This document shows positions 1 through 12,000 of a stretch of DNA of 64,000 bases, piece by piece. Source of the DNA: Carpediemonas membranifera BICM (lineage: Eukaryota; Protista; Fornicata). The notes beneath the pieces were generated by a model, which searched no databases, was not told the origin of the DNA, and saw nothing but the letters and a program-made list of their open reading frames with translations. Numbering within the stretch: the stretch's first letter is position 1; each line of letters begins with the position of its first letter. The position numbers were made by a program, and so were the translations under genes. The stretch lies in NCBI GenBank assembly GCA_019828565.1, contig JAHDYR010000035.1, positions 165,390 to 229,389 on the forward strand. The letters run 5' to 3'.

Positions 1-3000
1 CTGGCTGGAGCGATTTCGTCTTCGCGTCCGTTCTCGCAGCCCGCTTCCGTTCCGAAATCTTGTGGCCCAGCGCACGCCAGATCGGATCCTCATCCGACAC
101 GACGACTCCACGAGACCGCGCGAACTCCCGCACGTTCGCACGATACTGGGCTACCGTCTCACCTCGAAGCCCCTTCGTCTCGGCGGAGTCGACAACAAAC
201 TCAACGAGCTGGGCAACCGTCGGTACCCAGGCATCCGCGCCATCCTGCGTCCAGCCACGCTCGGCAGCGAAGCGGATTATGGCCTTCTCAGCACTGACGC
301 GCTTCCGAGCCGTTGCGTCCGTCAGCCCCGTCGCGAGGAAACTGGCAGACCGCGCAGACAGATCCGGTCCTGCGACTCGCTGCAGCCGCAGAGCCAGCTG
401 CTCCTGGCTCTTCGACCGGGGCCGACCTGATGCACCCTCGCCCGCCTCCTCCTGTGACTCAGAGAGGACCAAGGTGTGGGACTCCGCGCCGAGGGTGAGG
501 TGGACGCGTATGCCGCTGTCCCGCATGAGGTTCCACCACGGAGGGAGATGCGCCGAGGCTGGGATCGTCACCTTCAACGTGGCCGGGCGAACACCTGTGG
601 GTCGGTCGAACCACGCCCTGACGGCCTCATCCGCGGTTCCACCTGCGAACAGCACCCAGGACGCACCGGTCCATCGGGGCATGACCGGCGACACGGCCCC
701 GTACTGGTCACGAACACCGCTGATCGCTGCGTTGGCCAGCTTGTCCTCTCCGGCCAAGTCTGCCTGTCCGGTGACCTCGTCCAGCTGGGCCACCGACCCC
801 TCTGTCACAGGCTGCCCCGACTCGTGGGCGGTGATGATGATGTCGCGCACGAGTGACGACCGCCCCTGGAAGTACGACGCGCCGCTCTCGTTCCTGGGCC
901 GGCCCACCCACTCTGCGGGCGGGACCATCAGTGGGACAAGGTGCGGCTGCTGGGTTGAGAAGAACCTGGTGGTGAGGTCCCTCACGTCGCACTGTGCGGG
1001 GCGCCATGCCTTCAACGCGCTCGCCCGCTCCGACTCACACTCCGCGTACTGGAGCCGGGAGACGGCGTCTGCGATGTTCTCCGTTGTCGGGACGTAGAAT
1101 ACTAGAAGGTCAAGGTCCAGACGCTGGACGATCGACCACACCTCCTCGCAGCGCTTCAGGATGGGGGACGACTTGGTGAACCCCTTCCTCAGCGCATGAT
1201 ACGCGTTGGTGTTGTCGATGTACAGCGCTACGCTGGTGCCCGGGCGGACGTCGAGACGGTCGAGCGCCATGGAGACTGCCTGCACCTCCTTCGCCGCGAT
1301 GATCTCGTCGGGGTCGGCCCCCTCCTGGGCCATCATACCAGTCCCAAGATCGATCGCTCCGAGTTGGCCATCCGAAGCATCTGTGGCCAGGACAAGGCCG
1401 AGCGGCCTGACGGCTAGGCGCCGCCAGGCGTTTGCCTTCGCCGCGTCTACGATCATAGCCGCCGCTGCCTTGGCAAACTCGTCGAGGTGGACCCTGGCAC
1501 GCGTCCTGTGACCAGCTTCAGTCGCTTCTAGGCAGTGTCTGATGGGGGCTGCCCAGACGCGGACCATCGGGTAGGCCCAGTAAGCGAACTCCAACTTGCC
1601 TAGCAGCGTGCGAGCCTCCTGCATGCTGAGGGCAGCGCCGGGACGTAGCCATCCCTCCAGTGCCTGGACCAGGTACTCTGCCTTATCCGCCGGCAGCCTG
1701 ACCATCTGCTCCGGGTCCGCCTGCCACTCCAACCCTCGGAACACGACCTGGTGGGCTGGCTGCCTGGTCTTCCGGGCCGACTCGGCGAACCCCGCAAGAC
1801 GGAATGCGCCGATCGCCACGTGGGTATCCGTTGCGGCGGCGTCATCGATGAGGTGGTCGACGGAGACGCCGAGGGCCCGCACTAGACCCACGACCGGCTG
1901 GGTGAGCATCGTGAAGGCCTCCGGAGAGGTGGAAGACCCCATGCTCAGCACCTTGAAGCGCCAGACGTCATCACCCAGGCGGAAGGCGAACCGATTGCAC
2001 TCACCCTCGGCGAGCGGCACTTGGAAGAACCCTTTCTCGAGGTCCATAGTGCCCGCCTCACCTGCGCGGAGGAAGAGCGGCGGAAGCGGCTCGTAGGAGT
2101 AGCACCTGCGGCCCAGGTAGGTATTCTGATGTCGAGCATTGAGGATAGGACGCATTGTGCCGTCCTTCTTCATCTCAAGCCGGAATCGTCCAGTGACGAT
2201 ATCCCCTAGCTCGACATCCGGGACCCTCTCGGTGAACCCTGCCTCCTCGAGCTTGCGCGCCACCGCGAGCGCCTTGGGCAGCATGTCTTCCGTGAGGTAC
2301 CCCGCAGAGTCCTCATCGAATGGGGCGGGGGTGCCACCCACGGCGGCGTGTAGCCGCTCATGGCCCACTCGACGACCTCCTCTGGTGCGTTCATGGCGTC
2401 TAGGAAGTCGGGGTCCAAGGCGCCACCCGGGCGGAAGGGGACCTGAGGCGCCACCCTCAGTGTCTGCTTGAGCGTCTCCACGCACAATGGATCTGCTCCC
2501 TTCCACCGGTCCGCCATCACCGCATGGACCAGTTCCAACACGGCAGCCCGACCCTCTACGGTGGCGAGGGCCTGGGCGACTTCGGCGGGCTCGACGGGGA
2601 CCCTGAGGTCTCCGGAGGCTTCATTCGGCTCTACGGGGGCTTGACCCCCGGAGACAGCATCCTGAGATGCCTCGGCGCTGGGCTCGAGGACTCGCGGCTG
2701 CTCGACGCCCAGCTGGGCGGAGACTGATGCCGGCTCGACTGGACCCATACTCGTGGCGGACCCGGAAGCTTGGCGCGCGGTCGGAGCATGCGCGCGCTCG
2801 ACGGTGGTAGTCGACCCACCGGAGACTGAGGCCATCCCAGGCCGCTCGACGTTGTTTCCAACGGAGACTTCGGCGTCTTGGGCTGACACCGGCTCAACAG
2901 AGGCCGACGTAGGTCCTCTGGAGACTTTCCCCCGCCTTCTCCTGTTCTTCTTCCGTTCTCGTGACGCGGCCCGCGTATCTCCACAACCTAACTCAACTCG

Positions 3001-3443
3001 GCTCGGCTCAACACAATACGATTGGCGTTTACTCTTCATTCGGGAATACTTCCTCGGGATCTCGTGAAGAGAGTCGGAGGTGAGCCCAGCTGCTGCACCG
3101 ACCTCTTCACGGAGCTCCCTCAGGTTCTCCACCGTCAGAGCAAACCCATCGATATCGAACCTGCGCATGCGGCTAGCAAGGAGGTTAACGACGTAGGAGA
3201 CCCCCTTGGCGTCAGGGACCTTGCGGAGTAGCTCGAGAGTGTCTAGCATCAACCACAGCTGCTGGGAGTCACAGCTGGGCGGCTCGTCGTAGAGGGAGTA
3301 CGCTCGTCCTCCCATTTGATGGCTGTCGGGGCCTTGCCACCATTGGCGATGGTAAGTCGGGCGTCGCGCACGGAAGAGCGGCCAAGCACCGCGGAGGATA
3401 TTACGGACATGAAGGACTGCGATGTCTGAGGATTCTGGGACAT
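1..3443 (-). CDS. Gag-RT-RNaseH-(degenerate MT)-YR polyprotein, partial, with two apparent 1-bp frameshifts (~3295, ~2325)
   Basis: One minus frame is stop-free from ~2320 to position 1 (absent from the ORF track because it has no stop). The RT N-terminus (MNAPEEVVEWAMSGYTPPW) lies in ORF 2206..3315. Adding one C to short C runs joins 3249..3443, 2206..3315 and the RT frame. Confidence 0.7.
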
Positions 3444-3595
3444 AAAAGAAAAGGAGGCCCTAGAACGGACAGGTTCTCGGGGGATGACTCGAAACCGACT
3501 CCCGCTCTGATTGATTTGATTCGCCGACTCGGCGAGTCGACTCCGCGCACTCGCGTGAAGTCAGTAGCAACAATCACTCTTCTTTAAACCCAGCG
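1..3595 (-). mobile_element. DIRS-order tyrosine-recombinase retrotransposon, family 1 (3' part runs off the window start; 5' boundary approximate)
   Basis: The minus strand reads gag-like, then RT (MDLEKGFFQV, FKVLSMGSSTSP, HLIDD), RNase H (ATDAS, IAAKEVQAV, YIDNTNA, NIADAVSR) and a YR N-terminal domain (GLTDATARKR...PTVAQLVEFV...GLRGETVAQYR). Confidence 0.85.
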
Positions 3596-3643
3596 CTTCA
3601 TGGATCCAACACCCCAATCGACTGCAGAGCTTTAAACCCAGCG
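3582..3643. repeat. 14-bp direct repeat CTTTAAACCCAGCG (3582-3595, 3630-3643) at the edge of YR element 1
   Basis: Two exact copies 48 bp apart, read directly. Confidence 0.8.
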
Positions 3644-3727
3644 ACATCACAGCAGCATTCTATAGTTTAGTCGACTCTCTCGGTCACAATCGTCGTACGA
3701 CCAAATAATAATAACATAAAACGCGCC

Positions 3728-6700
3728 TCACTTCCCAGCGCGCTGTATGACCTCCTCTGCCGTGAGCTTGCGCCGCACCATGGGCGGAGTCCGTCTGTGC
3801 CTACCGTTCGGGTCGATCCCGTTGTCTGTCAGAATCTGACGGTACTTCCGCAGCACACCTTGCAGGATCTCCTTCTCCTGGGAAAGTCTCGAGTTCGCAC
3901 CCTCGGCCCGCTCCCGCTCGGACTCGGCCTCGCGAAGACGCTCAGTGAGGGCCTCTTGCTTCTCGCGCTCGGAATTCAGGGCTGCCTCCGCCTCTTTGAG
4001 ACGACTTTTCGCGCTCGACTGCGTAATCGTCAGGACCGTCTGGAACTCATAGATGCGCCGGGTGGCGTTGTCGCGGTCATTTTCGGCTTCTCGGAGTTTC
4101 AACTCGAGTGTGTTAATCTCTTTCCGATAACCAGACCCGACTCGAATCAACTGATTCCACATAGATCTGATCTCTCCAGGATCCATAAGCTTAATATTGT
4201 CGATATCCAGCAGATACTGGCCCATACTCTTGACCGCCGCCTGCTTCTTCCTCAAGCTGTCGAGTGTGTCAGCTCTAAACTTCATCTCCTGCTCGATTCT
4301 TTCGAGTTCATCTCTGAGCAGCGCCACGGTCCTCTGCTGCGGCTGTACCTCTTCGACTGCGGTCCGCTCAATCATCCTAGCCTCGCTCCGCATGCGGTTA
4401 TAATCATTGAGCAGAGCTTTGAACTTCTCCTGGACGTCCGTGTCGCACCTGTTCTTCTTGAGCTTCTCCGCTGTGACTTGAATGCTCGACTCCATTGTAG
4501 CAACCGTCTGGAGCAGCTCGGCGTACTTGGGCTGCAGGACTGACGATCGGTTCAAGCTCACGGTCTCCGCGTCCTTCAGCTCACGGCAGAGCTGCTCGTG
4601 GCGGTGCTGGAGCTCTGTAAGACGGCGAGACTCGCGCTCGATGTGGGCAACAACCTCGTCAGCACGAATGAGCTCGCCGATCTCCTCCACTGTGAATCTC
4701 CCGTCGGCCTTCTCCGAAGCTGGGGTCGCTGTTGTCGTCGGTTCGGGGCGGGGTGGCACAAGGGGCTGGGACCTGGGTGCTGCAGTGACTGGTCGGGAAG
4801 CTGTGATCGAGCGCCGGATGCCGTTGCCGTTGGGTCTGGCACTGCCGCCCTTGAAAAAGGCAAACTGGCTTGGGTCGGGCTCAACACGGGTAGTGGGCCG
4901 GCCAGCAGCTGTACTCGGCCTCTGGTTAACCCCCTCGGCCACAAGCTGGCCGAGTGACGCACCCTGAGGCGTGGAGGGCCGCATACTCGCCGGGGTACCC
5001 CTGGTAGGCGTGTGGGCTGGGGACGAGGCTGGTCTGGCGGACCGTGGGGGCGTCGAAGGTTGAGGCTTAGTTGCCGGCTCGGCGTTGTCTGCCGTAACGG
5101 GGCTCTCCTTCTTCTCAAACACTCGGTCAGACTCGAACCCAGACTCGTCGTCTGACGTCTCTGTTGTGTCAGATGGGTCGAACACGGGCGAACGGATCAC
5201 AAGCTCATCGTCCACAGCCGCGGCCGTCGCGGGAATGTTGATCGGGGCAGGGGTCGACGGCTTGGCGGCCGGGGTACTCGCCTCATCGTTCTTTGTCTCC
5301 ACAAGCATGGGCGCCTGCACCTCATCCTCCTCGCTCTCCTCATCGTCATAGGCGTCGCTCTCGGAGTCGGATGGGTCGAAGCGGGGCGACCGAATGCCCA
5401 AGCCTCTTCCCTCGCCCAGATCTTCCCGTGGGGTGAGTGTCGCGTCGGCGTCCTCGTCGATAAGAACCATGTCCATCTGCTCGAGTTCCAGGGCGTCTGG
5501 CTCTGCCCTAGAAGAGGGTGGGCGGGAGGTTCGGTTGTCTGATTTGTTCGCATCATTTGATGAAGACTCAGAGCCCTGGCCGGGCGGAGCTGAATGGAGG
5601 TCCAGGCGGGGCGGGGCTGCACTGGGGTTCAGGAGTGGTGTGGCAGGCTTAGGGAGCTGCATACGGCGACGCGTGCCCGCGGGGGTGGTTGACCTTGCCC
5701 TGTTCGACGCCTCGACCCGACGAGACTCCTCCTCGTCGTCGGCCGGGTCGTCTCGGCCCACGGCTTGGTCGACAGAGGCCGCACGCTCGCGGGCAGTGGG
5801 TCTGTTACGGGCCTCGTCAAGTTGCTCCTTGAGGGCCTCGATGCGGGCCTTGAGGTCTTCGATGTAAAGATCCCGGTTCTTCTCTTCAATCTTGCACGGC
5901 TTGTTGACAACCAAGCGGGCACGACGAGCATATGTCACGGTCGAGAATATCTCCGAAAAATTCGTATCAGCCGAAGATACGCAGGCGACCATTGTGGTCA
6001 GCGAGTTACCACCCAGGCTGTCTCGCAACACGCTTGTGAGCTGCGAATCTCGGTAAGGGATATAGCTATCGCCGCGGTGGAGGGCATTGATTACGTTACC
6101 CAGCGCCAAGAGACCCAGGTTGATATTGATTGCCTCTCCAAGACGCTTGCCGTCGGTCCCAGCCTTCTTCTGGGACTCAGAACCTGCCAGGTCGACCAGG
6201 TGGAGCTTGCTTGCCACATACCTGCCGGGCCTGATCTCTTGTTGGAGATTAATGGTGAATATCGCGTGCGATCTGGACGATTGTTCGTTCATGAGGGTCG
6301 ACCCGGAGGCGCGATACTCCCCAAACGTGCGGAAGAGTGTCATGATCTCGTCGTAGGATTCCACGACCTTCTTTGCCGCGTTCTTGACGTGTTTGATAAT
6401 GGTACCCGGAAGGTGTTCCTTCGAATGTGGATGCGACGACCTTTGGTTGGGCTTCAGTAAATCACGCAGCCCCTCCATGTAAATCTCGATATATGACACT
6501 GATATCCTAGTCGAGGGGCGTCTGGTGACTTCTGACTTAAAGATGTACTCGACGGCGCGAGGGATGATACCGAGATGGCTGTCGGTGTCGTCCACCTGCG
6601 GGGCTTGCGCCATGGTGTAGGTCTTGCCTGTGTTAGCTGTGCGGGGGGTACTGACCTGAACCAGTCTGGCCGTAGGCGAAGATGGTTCCGTTGTAGCCAG

Positions 6701-6935
6701 AGAGGAAGGAATCGAGAAGGGAGACGGTTTCGGAGAAGACTTGCTGCTGTGATGAGGATTCCCCGAATACATGGTCGAAGGAGTACCGGTGATCGCCGAT
6801 GATAACTGATTTCTCGTCCTCCGAGGCCTGAACGCATGGATTGGCATGCTCCTTGTACTCCTTTGCGAGCATCGGCCGCACCCGAAGGCAAACCTTCACT
6901 GATGACTGCTGTTTCTTCTGATCGTCTGCTGTCAT
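3728..6935 (-). CDS. Kinesin-4-like motor protein, 2 exons (6935-6656, 6627-3728), 1059 aa
   Basis: VKVCLRVRP; P-loop GQTGSG|KT restored by splicing; NEQSSRSHAIF, LHLVDLAGSE, IPYRDSQLT...DSLGGNS; low-complexity linker and C-terminal coiled coil. Confidence 0.92.
6628..6655 (-). other. 28-nt spliceosomal intron GTCAGT...GCTAACACAG
   Basis: GT-AG ends; branch point CTAAC abuts ACAG; removal restores the kinesin P-loop in frame. Confidence 0.92.
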
Positions 6936-7251
6936 GAGAGAAAATGAGCAGAAGGGAGAAAGTTTGTCGCGCAGGTTTCGTTAAGCGCAAAACTGCGAGT
7001 CAACCAATTGAAGTCTGCTAGACGATTGAGAGTTACTTTACTGCTTGCACTGTGCACTCTATGATACTTCACCAATATGACCGAACACTGCATGTATGCG
7101 GGCTATGTTATACATGACATGCGCCCCACAAGTATTTACTCCTCTATTGCGTTTGCTAATTAATCTCGAGATGATTTGATGGATCGACGTCGACAAGAAT
7201 GATGTCTTCCATGCACATGGATACTCGCTGAGTGATGTGCCGCCCGCAGCA

Positions 7252-8925
7252 TTGGTCGACCAGAAGGCCTGCTCGAGCGGGTACATGGTTGAGAGACTTG
7301 GAGTGGGCAGTTGGTTTTCATCTATAAGCCATACGGGTCGATGTCGATCGGGGTGATCTCTGTCCACCTTTTGGGTACCTCGCGCTCAACCAGCTCAGCC
7401 ACCCCATCTGACACACCCGCCAACTTAAACCACTGGCCGGTGGAGTTGCGGAATGAGTGGATATAATTGTCATTGTTCCATGTTGTATTGTATGCCATAG
7501 CCTCAAAGGGCACACGGATCTGGTCGTCGTTTTCGTCGTCGCACAAATGAGTGCGGCCCTCAGTCACCCTGGCTACCCGATTGAAGGCGCTGAGGAACCC
7601 CTTGACCCTCTCTGGGAACCGGAGCGGGGTGGGTGTGAGGCAGTTGTCGTTCTTTCTGTACCCAGGCAGCAGGCCCGACTGGGCGATATGATCGGGAACT
7701 TCGCCAGCGAACAGCAGCTGGCGGCCACCGTATTCCTCGGTGAAATCAAGTGCAGAAGAAATGATCCGGTCGACCCTGAAGGGCAGCACCTCGAAGCCAG
7801 TCATCTCATTCTCGTGCCCAATTCAGCTAACCATAATCGTTGTCTCCGCTGATCATCTGCCGATCGCCCATGGAGAGGATGACAGTCCAGTTGCACTGCA
7901 TGATGTGATCTGGGACAAATCCAGCGGGCACAGAGACTGGGTGGAATAGCAGTCGGTTGTATCCCTGGACATGGCCTCTGAACTATTCTGGATGTCCACC
8001 GGCCGTGACAGTGCCGACCGAAGAGAGGATGAACGTCTGATCTCCTTCATCAACACATCAGTCACCATCCTGTGCTTCTCCCAAGGGGGCAGGCTGGCCT
8101 CGAGCTCGGCGATGTTGGGGCGATGTTGGGGAAGGTAAGGCGGGTCGGGTCGTTGAACTCAAATGACTCGAACCCCCAGCTGGCCATGACCGCCATCCCC
8201 CAGCCCCACAGACCCTTGGGCGTCCTGGCGATGTGGGTGAGGTCGTCGCTGTAGACCTCGAGGGCCCTGGGCATCCTGGCCCTGGTGAAGGCGGTGTGAT
8301 TGGCAGTGCCGAGCATGAAGAGTCGGTCCATGTACATGCGGTGGTGATAAAATATGTAGGACCAAGCGTGCTGATAGCACTCGCCGTCCTTCTCTGCCAC
8401 ATTCAGCGAGAAGAAGAACTTGCGGCAGAGGAACCAGAGGCACTTGGCCTCAGGGGCGAGAGCCTTGCGGATCTTGTCGTGCATCCTGGTAGTGTGTGGC
8501 TCCTCATCTTGAGCCCCCTGCAGCACCCTGTCCTCGAGGTCGGGGTTGGCCCCGCCACCCACCAGACACGCCCACACCGCGCCCTGGTTCAGCGTGTGCA
8601 TGGCGACCGGGAGCTCCTCGCCATCCGCGAGCTCGACGTTCATGGACAGCGGGGGGCCGCTGGTGAGGATCGAGCGGGCGCGGTCGAGGAGGGCTTGCGC
8701 GGACGGTTCGAGAGGGGGGATCTTGGAGAGCGTGGCGAGGAGGCTTCTTGAAGTGCCTGGAGTAGGCGCACTGGATCAAGGATGGGATGTCCCCAGAGAT
8801 GGAGGCCGTTGCAACAAGCGAGGCGCGGAATGCGGTGATCAGCGCATCTCTGATGGCAGATGGCGAGGAACTAGTGCTGCTCATTAGTTCCAAACCTCAG
8901 TTCGGCAAATTCTGACGACTCGCCG
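7252..8925 (-). repeat. ~1.67-kb inverted repeat, left arm (pairs with ~14517-16197)
   Basis: ORFs 7322..7804 and 8062..8643 are near-identical to 15645..16127 and 14803..15384. The match degrades with indels at the inner ends. Confidence 0.92.
7322..8883 (-). pseudogene. 5'-truncated, frameshifted RCC1-like family gene fragment
   Basis: Homologous to ORF 16751..18397 (MNVEL...LPVAMHTL, WFLCRKFFF, P.RLTF.N). Has an internal deletion and a CCCAACATCGC duplication that break the frame. Confidence 0.7.
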
Positions 8926-9057
8926 ACCGCCGACCGCCGACGCCACTCCCCGCGGAGTTACAATGTAGAAGTAGCCGCGAGACATCACCGCAGCAGTGAT
9001 GCTATTGCCTTGTTGCCAATGGAACCCGCAGGATAAGCTTGACAATTCCTCGGTCGA

Positions 9058-12000
9058 GTGCACACCCGAGTGTGCATGCTTATTGCGATAGAGAAGACGT
9101 TGTTCCATGTATTTGAGCTATTTGATGGCGTTTTTCGCTTCCTGTGGCTGTTCCGTGTTGGATTCATCAACCGACGAGCCACCAAGCTCTGGCTCATCCT
9201 CTCCGTCCATCTTATCCTCATTCTATTCATCCCGCTGATCACACTAGCAATCTCCTTTCTATCCGGCTTTCTTCTCTGCTCTGCAACGCGCACGTGTCAG
9301 CAGACGAAGCTCAACGACTCCTTCCTCACACTCACACTGGGCACTGTCGCAGCGATCGCGCTTCAGTTCTCCATCTCCCAGGCCTGTGATAGCACTGGAT
9401 GGACACTCGGCGTTGAATGGCGTCGAATCGTCACACGTCGTTATCACGAAGGCATGCTACATTCAGCCAACCATTACACCCTGGCAACTTCATTCTCCGA
9501 GTGCGACAACCCTGACCAGCGCGCTACGACTAACACCAGGATGCTGCTCGCCTTCGCCTGTGGCTCGAACGTCCCTCCGGTTGAGGCGGTCCTATTTGGC
9601 AGCCAAGGGATCATCGCCCAGGCTGTCGGCACTCTCCTCCCTCTCATTGTTGCGGTACTGACCTCTCCAACGGCCACTGCTGCAATGGTCGTCTATTATA
9701 TCGTCTGTTTTCTTGTTATGCGTGTAATCTCATTTCCACTGAGCGTTCTCGCCCAACGTCAGGAAGAGAAGGAAGGGAACTTCCGATATCTTCACACCTG
9801 CCTTAGAACCCACGCAGAGGCTGTTGCTTTCTACAACGGCGGGTCCAACGAGCAAGCGACGACTGACGCCGCGCTCGACGCTGTCATCTACAATCAGCGC
9901 CGCCTTGTCTGGTGGTCACTTCCCTCTGTCTACTTCAAGCAGATCCAGTACTCATTCAATGTGGTGGCCCCAACATTCGTCGTGGCGGTCCTTCCCCTTT
10001 TGATGGGGTCAGACGCGTGTATAAGTACAAACAAACTCAACACCGAAATCACTAACCTTACCTCGATGATGGCCAGCCTTGCAGGCATGATTGAGCTGAT
10101 TCAGCCCATATCTGTATTTGATGGCCTTTTGAAGCGATCTTACGAGCTCGATAAGGCGATACGGAAAGTTGACAAGCTGCGGTCGAATATTTGCCGTCAA
10201 CCCAAGTCTGGTAACCACATCAAACTGGAGAGAGTCACGCTGTCTTCGCCTAATGACGCCGATCGCATCATTTTGGATCAGCTCACTCTCGATTTATTAG
10301 AGGGCGAGAGCACTGTCATCATGGGCCCGAGTGGAAGTGGGAAATCATCACTACTTCGCGTCATTGGAGGCCTGTGGGCACCGCTAGAGGGCGATGTGAT
10401 GGTCCCTGATGATTTATTCTTCCTTCCGCAGAAGAGTTACATATTTAGTGGATCGCTACGAGATCAGATCATATATCCCGATCTAGCAGATACGAAGCGA
10501 TTGAACCGCGTTGAGATGACATCATACCAGAATTTGGAGAGCCCAGAGTCACTTGGGGGCGATGACCGCATTGAGACATGTCTGCGGGACTGCGAGCTGG
10601 GCTATCTGCTGGACCGCTTCGGGCTTGACACGGAAGCGCCGTGGGGTGACATCCTGTCGGGCGGCGAGCAGCAGCGCTTGGGCTTCGCGCGCCTCTTCTT
10701 CCACAACCCGTGCTGGGCGGTGATGGACGAGGCGACGTCCGCCCTCGACGGCCCCCTCGAGACGCGGCTGCTGACTGAGTGCACCCGTCGCGGCATCACC
10801 ATGGTCAGCGTGGCCCACCGCCAGAGCGTCATCCCCCACCACAAGATGGTCATTGAACTGGACTCTTCGTCCAAATCAATCAAATCAATCAAATCTGTGG
10901 CCGAATACCAGCGGGAAAACCCACCTCCACCGGTGGTAGAGCGGAGACTAACCCAGCATGTCGCACATACTAACGCTATCCCCCCCAAACCAACACGACG
11001 GAGTCGGCTGGCGGCTCTTGAAGCTTTGCCCATGGTTGGCCGTTTGATACACGCATTCATCCCCAGCGTGCTCTCAGCAGACATCATCTTGCTGCTTGTT
11101 GGTTCGTTCTGCGTTTTCGCGTCTAATGCGATGCTTGCGGTCGTTCTTGGTGAGATCAGTCCTCAAATTTCGGGAGGTGTCGCGTGTCCTGCAAAGTCAC
11201 CCGACTCACTTGTTGACAAATCATCAGTCTATCGGCCTACAATCATCACTGTCGCCATCACCATCGTATTTACCTGTCTCGTGTGTGTAACACGTATAAC
11301 ATCCACTATTCAGGGTTATCGCACCAGGAAGAGAGTAACTCATGATCTCAGCACGCGTTACTTCAACCTCAAGGGATATTACAAGATCCAGAGAGAAGCA
11401 AGCATCGATAATATTGACCAAAGATTGACTGCTGACTGCAAGACATTCTCAGACATCCTATGTGGCGAAGTTGTCCCAAACAATCCCAGCATCACGCGTA
11501 TCGTCGTCATTGTCACTGTGAATGTGGTGCTAGCGACCGTTTTCCTCGGCACTCGCTGGTATCTGATCTTCGTGGTCACTTCGATCTTCCTCCTCGGCCT
11601 CGTACTCTCTTCTGGCGCCACTGCTGCCATTGCTCCGCTTACATACCGCCAAGAGCAGCGCGAGGGTACGCTTAGATACGTCCATACCAGAGTACGTCAG
11701 TTTTCAGAGCAAATAGCCTTCCTCAGAGGCGACCAACGCGAGAAAGAGGCCGCCGACAAGGCTCTGGACGCCGTCATTGCCAACCAGCGCATGCTCGTGC
11801 TCGCAGGGACAGTAGCAGGCCTTTTCCAGCATCTAGGAGTTGAACTCATGTCCCACGGTCTTCTGGTTGTCACCGCAATTGTCACAAGACTCGGTGGCCA
11901 GTCGTATCAATTCGCTACAGCGGTCAACAATGATTTGAATCAGATCGGAGAATCCCTAACATATGTATTTGCCGCATTCTCGCAATGTTTCGTCCTACTA

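Noticed and set aside
60-1097. 345-aa plus-strand ORF and the many other antisense ORFs over kinesin, TRRAP, SPFH and pol genes
   Set aside because: Shadow ORFs of GC-rich coding sequence on the opposite strand, with no motifs.
6633-6847. N-terminus of the 1039-aa kinesin ORF as given in the track
   Set aside because: The real motor N-terminus is in the 6633..6935 frame, joined by the 28-nt intron.
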